Of a stretch of 64,000 nt of DNA, positions 56,816-64,000 are shown one piece after another. Each line of letters starts with the position of its first letter. Position 1 is the first letter of the stretch. Both the position numbers and the translations under genes were made by a program. Source of the stretch: Candidatus Thalassarchaeum betae (GTDB lineage Archaea > Thermoplasmatota > Poseidoniia > Poseidoniales > Thalassarchaeaceae); contig PSPG01000012.1 of NCBI GenBank assembly GCA_003193925.1, forward strand, positions 1 through 64,000, read 5' to 3'. The notes under the pieces are model-generated. The model worked only from the letters and a program-made list of their open reading frames with translations, made no database searches and was not told the DNA's origin.

Positions 56816-59391
56816 TTGACCCCGAGGTGATTATACGGGCTCGCCGTGAGATGACGGCCAGCCATCCGAGGTTCGAGCGCCGCGAGGATGACGCTGCCGA
56901 GGGCGGATGCGGGGTGATCGGACTCGCCTCAGAGGTGCCTGTGGCAGGTCGCCACCTATTCGACTCCCTCGGCCAGATGAGGAACAGAGGCAATGGCAAG
57001 GGCGGCGGCGTCGCGATGGTCGGACTCGATCCGGAGCAGTTCGGAGTCGACGCCGCGACCCTCTCAGGCTCATACATCTATACCGTGGCATATCTCGACT
57101 CGAGCAATCGCGATGCGGTCGAGGAGGTCTGCATACATCCGAATTTCCACGTCGACCACGTGCACGAGATGCCGGCTCTGTCGACTTGGCAGACCGATCT
57201 ACCGGCACTCGACACACAGCCCCCCGACGTGGTCTGCTACTTCGTCAGACCACGCGAGGAGGAGCTGGACCGGTTCATCGCCGAGAAGCTCGACGACGTC
57301 ATTGACCCGAATGACAGGGCGGCAGCCTCGGAGGAGTTCGTCTTCCACATCACCCACGCGCTCAACGTCGAGTTCTACGCCAAGGACGGGCGAACCGACG
57401 CCTTCGTGCTGAGCCACGGACGCGACATCCTGATCCTCAAGATAGTCGGCTACGCCGAGGACGTCATCCGCTACTACAGCCTCGAAGAGATGACCGCCCA
57501 CGTCTGGATCGGCCACCACCGATACCCTACCCGGGGCAGGGTGACGCACCCGGGAGGGGCTCATCCGTTCGGTCAGGGGATAGACTCTGCTCTGGTCCAC
57601 AACGGAGACTTCTCGAACTATGTCTCAGTCACCGATTACCTCGCCCAGAGGGGGATGGAGCCGTTGTTCTTCACCGACACCGAGGTCGGCGCCTTGGCCT
57701 TCGATCTGCACCGCCGGGTCTACGGCTACAAGATGGAGTACGTCATCGAGAGCCTGGCCCCGACCAGCGAGCTCGACTACGTCATGCTCCCCGAGGACAA
57801 GCAGGAGGTGTACTCCGCCATCCAGAGGACACACATCCACGGCAGCCCCGACGGACCCTGGTTCTTCATCATCGCACAGTCCGAGGGTCCGACCCACCGA
57901 CTGATTGGAATCACCGACACCAGCATGCTGCGCCCGCAGGTGTTCGCCTACCAGCGCGGCGAGGTCGCGATTGCGTTCTGCGGCTCCGAGAAGCAGGTCA
58001 TCGACGCGGTGCTGGAGAGCCTCGCATCCGAGGACAAGCGGTTCTGGCGCCGCGCCGACGAGTACTGGAACGCCAGAGGTGGCTCGTACACCGACGGCGG
58101 CGCCTTCCTGTTCGACGTCAAGCCCACCGAGGACGGCGGCAAGGAACTGGTCATGACCAACAAGTTCGGTGATGTGGTCGACACCCACCCCCGCGGCGAC
58201 TGCAAGCTGGTCCCAGCCGCAGACCATTCTCCAGTCGAAGTTACCAAGATGGGCTCCAACCTGGCCTACTTCGCCGTCCTCGAGGCACTGCCTCACATGG
58301 GTTGGGCCGAGGCCTTGGCCACGCTCGAAGCCATAGAGGCCCACTCTGCCATGGCCGGGCGCGAGTGGGCTTGGGACCTGCTCACCCGATTGCTCGACAG
58401 GAGGTACGACACCGGGGGGCTGCGTCGCAGTTTGTGGCTCGACTTTGTCGGGGCAGCACTCAATCGAACCCTCGCCTCAGCGACCCACGAGCCCTGCGAC
58501 GGCTTCGTCGGACAGCGCACCGTCGGTCACCGGCCTCAGCCTGCCTCGCATTCGCAGAGGATCGTGGTTGATGCTAGGCCATACTCATCCGAGGGCACGG
58601 AATCGCTCGCCCTCGAGCTCGTCGCTCTGTATCGGGAGGGCTGGAAGCGGTTCGTCCTCCTGCACTGCCGTGGTCACCGATTCATCGGCAACGGCTTCGG
58701 GCCGGGTACGTCTGGCGTCAGCATAGATGTCTTCGGCGCCATCGGCGACTACCTCGGAAGCGGCAGCGACGGCATGGAGATCCACATGCACGGGAACGCG
58801 CAGGACCAAGTCGCCCAGATACACAAGGCGGGCGAGCTGGTCGTCCACGGCGATGTCGGCCAGTGCTACGGTTACGGCGCCAAGGGGGGACGCCTGTTCG
58901 TGCTCGGCAACGCTGCCGGTAGGCCGATGATCAACGCCGTCGGTAGCCCCAAGGTGGTCATCAACGGGACAGCTCTCGACTACCTCGCGGAGTCGTTCAT
59001 GGCCGGCGACCCGCTGGACGGCGGTGGTTTCATCATCATCAACGGGATGCGGTTCGACGAGCGCGGAGAACTCGAACCGCTGGAGACACCCTATCCCGGG
59101 GGGAACCTGTTCTCTCTAGCCAGCGGTGGTGCGATTTACGTCCGCGACCCGTACCAGCGACTCTCCGACTCGCAGCTCAACGGCGGGGCTTTTACCGATA
59201 TGACCGAGGCAGACTGGGCAGTCGTCGAGCCGATGCTTCAGCGCAACGAGAAGCACTTCGGAATCTCCCTTCAGAGGCTGCTGACAGTCGACGGTGAGCT
59301 AACGAGCCCAGCCGAGGTATACCGCAAGGTCATCCCGGTGAAGTCGAAGATCCTGCACGCCGAAATCGCTTGGGGCGGGCATCACGACTGA
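56812..59391 (+). CDS. Glutamate synthase glutamine amidotransferase (Ntn) domain fused to C-terminal GXGXG domain (GltB1+GltB3-like)
   Basis: AEGGCGVIG (N-terminal nucleophile Cys after a propeptide), MRNRG, HHRYPT, AHPF, HNGD, TDTE, DGPW, LRP; C-terminal GHRFIGNG, GDYLGS, HGNAQD, DYLAESFMAG. Confidence 0.88.
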   Translation: MIDPEVIIRARREMTASHPRFERREDDAAEGGCGVIGLASEVPVAGRHLFDSLGQMRNRGNGKGGGVAMVGLDPEQFGVDAATLSGSYIYTVAYLDSSNRDAVEEVCIHPNFHVDHVHEMPALSTWQTDLPALDTQPPDVVCYFVRPREEELDRFIAEKLDDVIDPNDRAAASEEFVFHITHALNVEFYAKDGRTDAFVLSHGRDILILKIVGYAEDVIRYYSLEEMTAHVWIGHHRYPTRGRVTHPGGAHPFGQGIDSALVHNGDFSNYVSVTDYLAQRGMEPLFFTDTEVGALAFDLHRRVYGYKMEYVIESLAPTSELDYVMLPEDKQEVYSAIQRTHIHGSPDGPWFFIIAQSEGPTHRLIGITDTSMLRPQVFAYQRGEVAIAFCGSEKQVIDAVLESLASEDKRFWRRADEYWNARGGSYTDGGAFLFDVKPTEDGGKELVMTNKFGDVVDTHPRGDCKLVPAADHSPVEVTKMGSNLAYFAVLEALPHMGWAEALATLEAIEAHSAMAGREWAWDLLTRLLDRRYDTGGLRRSLWLDFVGAALNRTLASATHEPCDGFVGQRTVGHRPQPASHSQRIVVDARPYSSEGTESLALELVALYREGWKRFVLLHCRGHRFIGNGFGPGTSGVSIDVFGAIGDYLGSGSDGMEIHMHGNAQDQVAQIHKAGELVVHGDVGQCYGYGAKGGRLFVLGNAAGRPMINAVGSPKVVINGTALDYLAESFMAGDPLDGGGFIIINGMRFDERGELEPLETPYPGGNLFSLASGGAIYVRDPYQRLSDSQLNGGAFTDMTEADWAVVEPMLQRNEKHFGISLQRLLTVDGELTSPAEVYRKVIPVKSKILHAEIAWGGHHD

Positions 59392-60314
59392 GCGACGAGG
59401 CGAGCTACCTCGTCTGCGCACCCCCAAGACAGCGTGACACCGGCTCCGCCGTGGCCGTAGTTGTGTATCACAGGCCTTCCTGAGATCGTCTCGGCCACGA
59501 GCCGGACCTCGGTACGGGAAGGTCGCAAACCGACGGCGCTGCCGACAATCTTCGAGCGGTCGAGGTCGGGCCACAGAGCCTCGACCTTCTGTAGTATGGC
59601 CTCGGTGTCCTCAGCCCTGATGTCCAGCCCCCAGTCGCCAATCTGAGAAGTTCCTCCTAGAACGGTGACGTCACTGCGGGGAATTGTGTAGGTCAGGCTC
59701 TCCGGCTGCTGGTCGAAGTGCCCGATACCCGGGTCCTGGTCGAGCAAGATGACCTGGCCGCGAGAGGGGCGGATCTCCTCGTCTCCGCACAATTCCCGCG
59801 CCCCCAGTCCGACGCAGTTGATCACGATGTCACCCGGGACCTCGGAAAGGTCGCTGACGAAGGCCTGCCTGAATGAACCGCCCATCGACTCGACCTTGGA
59901 GCGAAGCCAAGGCATGTATCGATGCATTTCAATCACTGGCGCCCTGAACTCCCAGCCGAACACGTAACCCTGTGGAATCTCAACGGCTTCGAGGACTCGG
60001 AACAAAGCGATATCGTCCTTCCACGAGGGTAGTTCGACTACTTCCCTGAGGTACTCTCTGCCATCTCTCATCACGACGCCCGAATCCGGTGCCTCGCGAG
60101 CCAGCCTCTCCAACTCGGAGTACGTGACCGTGGCCCAGGCTTCGACCCTCTTCGCCGGTGCGGTGAGGAATGGATACCAGATTGCTGCAGCAACATCGGA
60201 CACGGTGTCCGGGCTGAATCTGTCCGAGACGACTTCGACCTCGTGCCCCTCCTCTAACAGCCTCGCTGCGCAGCTCAATCCCGAGACGCCGGCGCCGACT
60301 ACCGTGCAACGCAT
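59382..60314 (-). CDS. D-amino acid oxidase family FAD oxidoreductase
   Basis: VVGAGVSGL, SDVAA, INCVGLGA, RGQ, YTIPR, LGG, VGLRP.R, HNYGHGGAGVTLSWGCA. Confidence 0.92.
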   Translation of the reverse strand: MRCTVVGAGVSGLSCAARLLEEGHEVEVVSDRFSPDTVSDVAAAIWYPFLTAPAKRVEAWATVTYSELERLAREAPDSGVVMRDGREYLREVVELPSWKDDIALFRVLEAVEIPQGYVFGWEFRAPVIEMHRYMPWLRSKVESMGGSFRQAFVSDLSEVPGDIVINCVGLGARELCGDEEIRPSRGQVILLDQDPGIGHFDQQPESLTYTIPRSDVTVLGGTSQIGDWGLDIRAEDTEAILQKVEALWPDLDRSKIVGSAVGLRPSRTEVRLVAETISGRPVIHNYGHGGAGVTLSWGCADEVARLVAQS

Positions 60315-60371
60315 GCTCCGCGATGGCCGTACTCTTCATGATAACGTCGGCTGACGTGTTCGCCTCTCGGG

Positions 60372-60602
60372 GTGAACCTCTTGAGTGACGGCCTCCCCCG
60401 GGTACACGGTGGAGTCTTGCCGAAGGTGAAGCGACCGAAGAAGGGCTGGTTCAGGCCCGACAAGAAGAAGCCCCGCATGGGCACTCGTGTCAAGCCGAGC
60501 GAGAAGGGCCTGCCTCCGTGCCCGGCCTGCGGCCAGTGGAGCATGCAGAGGGACAACGCGAAGAGCGAGTTGTACTGCGGCTCGTGCGGCGCGATACTGT
60601 GA
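60372..60602 (+). CDS. Small basic protein with TFIIB-type Zn ribbon
   Basis: Lys/Arg-rich N-terminus; CPACG..ELYCGSCGAIL. Start uncertain. Confidence 0.6.
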   Translation: MNLLSDGLPRVHGGVLPKVKRPKKGWFRPDKKKPRMGTRVKPSEKGLPPCPACGQWSMQRDNAKSELYCGSCGAIL

Positions 60603-60708
60603 GCGAGTAAACCCAATACGCGACCGCCCTCCCGTCCATCTCGCCGCAGTGATGAGGAACCGCACCGGGCGCTTCGGGCGCCGCGAGTGATGGGCGATCT
60701 GAGCGGCA

Positions 60709-61839
60709 CTACAGATAGGTCCAGACTAGAGCAAGCATATTCCACATCATGTGACAAGCAATAGATGGCAATAGACTGCCAGTCCTCATTCTAATCCATC
60801 CCCACAGGATTCCGCCAATGAAGATCGCACCCACAGAAAAAGGATCGACATGAACCAAACCAAACAGTATAGCGCTCCAAATAATGGCGGTCCAATCACT
60901 GTGTTTCCTATTGATTGCGTCAAGAACATATCCGCGGAAAAATAGCTCCTCTGCGATCGGAGTTACGATTGCGATTGAAAGAAACAAGAAAGCGATATCG
61001 ATCGAACTTGACTCCCAATCGGTTCCCAAGTCAATATTGGTAGAAGGCTCACCAAATATTCCAAACCACGCAATACCGTAAATCGTAGTAAGAACGAAAT
61101 TGATTATGGTGACGACGATTGGGATTGCTAAGACTAGAATTAGAGCTCTCTTCACTGAACCGAATTTCAGCATCTCCTTAATCCTGTCCAAACTGCCATC
61201 GACATAGATGTACAGGAGTACGAGAGGAATCAGAATGATTTCTATCAATAGTGCGGATATTGAAAATGCCAAACCATCAGACAGACCTGCCCAATAAAGG
61301 GCAAACCAAAGTGCCAAGATACCAATAATCGTCAGTAGCCACCATCCTATGAGGAATGTGATGATGATTAGCCACGAGACCCATGTTTTGTCACTAGCAC
61401 CGACGGACTTTTGTTCGACAGATAAGTCAGCTGGAACTCCTTCAAATGCCTCTCTAAGTGAGCCCTTTCCAGATAGGTCCCAGACCTGCCCAACTGCTGA
61501 TTTACCATATCCATGCAGCAACCTGCCGATATCCCCCATAGCCAAGTGATCCGGGTCCTTTGTAATCCGGGAGAGTTTTTTTTCCCGTTCCACTCCGATT
61601 CTTGAATTGAAATGCGGTTCGATGTAATTGTAGCAGAAATATATCGCCAAATATATCGATAAGATAGACATTAGCAGGAAGGATAGCCAGCCCCCTGCTA
61701 TCCAAGCATCCACCAAGATTGCAAGGGCGATGATCGACAGAGTCCCTTTAGTGGGGAAATCTCCAATGAATGCCCTTCCAAACGGCCCCAAAACCTCTTG
61801 ATTCTCGCCTTGAGGAACGAGTTGAAAATCCTGGTTCAC
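60709..61839 (-). CDS. CPBP/Abi (CAAX-protease-like) intramembrane metalloprotease
   Basis: PIAEELFFRG, SAILFGLVH, SIACHMMWN; multiple TMs. Confidence 0.88.
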   Translation of the reverse strand: MNQDFQLVPQGENQEVLGPFGRAFIGDFPTKGTLSIIALAILVDAWIAGGWLSFLLMSILSIYLAIYFCYNYIEPHFNSRIGVEREKKLSRITKDPDHLAMGDIGRLLHGYGKSAVGQVWDLSGKGSLREAFEGVPADLSVEQKSVGASDKTWVSWLIIITFLIGWWLLTIIGILALWFALYWAGLSDGLAFSISALLIEIILIPLVLLYIYVDGSLDRIKEMLKFGSVKRALILVLAIPIVVTIINFVLTTIYGIAWFGIFGEPSTNIDLGTDWESSSIDIAFLFLSIAIVTPIAEELFFRGYVLDAINRKHSDWTAIIWSAILFGLVHVDPFSVGAIFIGGILWGWIRMRTGSLLPSIACHMMWNMLALVWTYL

Positions 61840-61845
61840 GGAGAT

Positions 61846-63156
61846 CTATTCCTCTGAAGAATCACCAATTATCTGCTGCTTCCTCAACTCAGCTTGAAGG
61901 GTAACCAGCTCAAGATAAGAAGTTCTAGCCTCGAGGTACTTCTTCATCTCATCCAAGTAGGACTGCTTCTCGGCGGCGTAAAGACTCCCGTCCCTAGCGT
62001 TTGCGTCCATCTTGTACAGTATGGTGAAGAAGAAAAGAGTGAGGACTAGGGGCCCCAGGAGCATGAGGTAATTATCATCCAGATTGTAGGTGCTACCCTT
62101 CACTTCGGTACCGGACCCTAGGATGATGGAAATAATCACTACACTAGGCCATAGGATCAGATTCGCGAGCAGCAGGACCCACTCGTAGAGCTCATACTCA
62201 GATCTCCTACTGGGTCTGCGTGGTTTGGTAACCGGGGCCTGTTCCATGCGACTATCTAACTCGCCCACATGGGGGGTGAGATATGAGGATTCTGCACCAT
62301 CGTCGGCCGAATCAATGAGTAGAGAGGTATCGATTTCAGAGTCCCTCTTGGGACCCTTCACTCTATCCCTGTAAAGTGGTATGGAAACAGCAGAGAAGAA
62401 ACCGAACAGACCTACCGCCGAGGAAACAATAACTGTCCAATCGTAGGAATATTCTCCTACGTCCACCATCCTGAGGACGAAAGATCCAATGAATACCAAT
62501 GATAGGTAGTACAACGACTGAAATTTCTTCAGTAGGTAAAGCACAGAGGATAGGAGCAGAAGAACGACCATCACATCGACGACGCCAGAATGCAATGAGA
62601 GCGCGTCAAAGGCCTGGTGAGAATCGAAATCTAACGAAATCAGTTTGGCCCCGATTAAGCCGAAGATGGAAATCAGAATCGCAACGTCCTGGCCGGTTTC
62701 ACCTAATCCCTCAACCATTGAGGAAACAAGACCATGCGAGACTGAGCCCTCGGAGAGATACGCCAGCCAGAGCGCAGTTTGGAATATCACGGTGGCAGGG
62801 ATGATGTAAGGAAGGTGAGTACCTACTGCCTTCAAGCCGGATACGATCTTTTTCCCAGCACCCCTCATCCAGTCCCCCAATCCCGAGGCTTTCTCCGGGA
62901 TATTGGCATTCTCTACCGAAGACGTGATCCTGCTGCCGAACTTCTCAATCCCCTCCTGGGTCCTCACCAGAAGAGACTCGGTGTCGGATGAGTCGGAAGC
63001 CCCCTCCTCTTCTCCGAAACCTCCCCCTTCTGGTTTCGGGTCCTTGCTGAACTTCTCCCTTATCGAATCCTCCAGTTTTCTGGAAGCCGCATCCACGGTG
63101 TCCAATGCCTTCTTCACCCTAGACTCAAATGAGTCGTCATTGGACTCATCCGCCAT
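61846..63156 (-). CDS. Hypothetical membrane protein
   Basis: Charged amphipathic N-terminus, about 7 TMs, coiled-coil-like C-terminus. Start set at MADES. Confidence 0.65.
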   Translation of the reverse strand: MADESNDDSFESRVKKALDTVDAASRKLEDSIREKFSKDPKPEGGGFGEEEGASDSSDTESLLVRTQEGIEKFGSRITSSVENANIPEKASGLGDWMRGAGKKIVSGLKAVGTHLPYIIPATVIFQTALWLAYLSEGSVSHGLVSSMVEGLGETGQDVAILISIFGLIGAKLISLDFDSHQAFDALSLHSGVVDVMVVLLLLSSVLYLLKKFQSLYYLSLVFIGSFVLRMVDVGEYSYDWTVIVSSAVGLFGFFSAVSIPLYRDRVKGPKRDSEIDTSLLIDSADDGAESSYLTPHVGELDSRMEQAPVTKPRRPSRRSEYELYEWVLLLANLILWPSVVIISIILGSGTEVKGSTYNLDDNYLMLLGPLVLTLFFFTILYKMDANARDGSLYAAEKQSYLDEMKKYLEARTSYLELVTLQAELRKQQIIGDSSEE

Positions 63157-63208
63157 GTCCGGTGCAACGCATCGCAACCCTTGAATCTCTCGTCGCCTTG
63201 GAATCATC

Positions 63209-63610
63209 ATGCAGGACATCGCGAGTGAAGTACCAGCATCGAGTGGCGATTCAACGAAAGTGAAGCAAAGGGACCTAGGGGCAGTGGTGCATATCGTTTC
63301 TGCCTTACTGATGCCTTTTAGACTTGGAATCGCGATACTAATTCCAGCATTCCTCTACTTCTATCATAATCGCGAATACGGGGGTGACCAGAGGGACGAA
63401 TTCATGATCGGACACTTCAGAGAGGCCCTAAACGCAAACGTCACCTTCCTATTGGCAGCAGTCATCCATGCGATCCTGACCTTGGTGTTGGTCGGTTTCC
63501 TGACTGCGATTGTTCACTGGATAGCTCTACTTTCTTGGTCCTTCAGCGCCCAGTCAGCTCTGAAGTCAGAACGGCCCTATCGGTACCCCCTGACTCTAAG
63601 GATATTCTGA
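63209..63610 (+). CDS. DUF4870/Tic20-like membrane protein
   Basis: H.REALNAN.T, three TMs, C-terminal YRYPLTLRIF. Confidence 0.75.
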   Translation: MQDIASEVPASSGDSTKVKQRDLGAVVHIVSALLMPFRLGIAILIPAFLYFYHNREYGGDQRDEFMIGHFREALNANVTFLLAAVIHAILTLVLVGFLTAIVHWIALLSWSFSAQSALKSERPYRYPLTLRIF

Positions 63611-63709
63611 ATCTCTCTCGCCATTGGATCATTCCGTTCCGTCAGGAACGGACTTCCTCAAGGGGAATCCTTCATGACCGCCCCATCAGGCAGCGTAGAG
63701 CGAGACAGA

Positions 63710-64000
63710 ATGGTGGATGCATCGGCCTACCTAACCGACGACCAGATGATTTCACTGGGCCTGGTGGCAGCCCTGCTGCTGATATCCAAGTTGCGCGACA
63801 TGCTGGACTCGAGCGGCCTTCTGGCAGCTATGGCGGTGGGCCTCACTGTCTCTCTCCTGGGTCACTGGACCTGGCTGATTATTCTCATCGTTTTCTTCGT
63901 AGTGGGCTCATTTGCCACGAAGTGGCGCTTCGAGGAGAAGCAGGCTCTTGCGATCCAGGAGGCCAACGAGGGAGTCAGAGGCTGGCGCAACGTGATGGCG
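63710..64000 (+). CDS. DUF92/TMEM19 family membrane protein (5' part, truncated by the window)
   Basis: Manual translation: MVDASAY..LDSSGLLAAMAVG..FFVVGSFATKWRFEEK..GVRGWRNVMA. Not in the ORF track. Confidence 0.8.
   Translation, partial: MVDASAYLTDDQMISLGLVAALLLISKLRDMLDSSGLLAAMAVGLTVSLLGHWTWLIILIVFFVVGSFATKWRFEEKQALAIQEANEGVRGWRNVMA

Overview
Gene-dense, GC-rich (roughly 60% by eye) archaeal chromosomal segment. Archaeal markers are archaeosine tRNA-guanine transglycosylase, ABCE1/RLI, CTP-dependent riboflavin kinase, archaeal TpiA, NadM, a DRG GTPase and an unannotated eL41/eS32. They sit among many bacterial-type catabolic and transport genes, a mix most consistent with Marine Group II (Poseidoniales) Thermoplasmatota (inference). 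About 58 CDS and two tRNAs (Arg-TCT, Ala-GGC) are supported. No CRISPR array, rRNA, integrase or transposase was seen. The most unusual features are: (1) a Dpp/Opp peptide ABC importer whose DppD ATPase carries two in-frame multi-TM insertions and whose DppC carries an extra TM block; (2) a circularly permuted glycerophosphodiester phosphodiesterase with its catalytic HRG strand at the C-terminus; (3) a three-gene non-canonical glutamate-synthase-like operon behind a palindrome-rich AT-rich promoter; (4) a single-chain aconitase X in large-then-small domain order, coupled to a TgtA lacking its Zn cysteines; (5) tandem HpnD/CrtB-like and squalene-synthase-like genes; (6) a small variable island with an HNH/zinc-knuckle protein and a frameshifted Zn-ribbon gene. 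All calls come from motif reading; no database searches were run.
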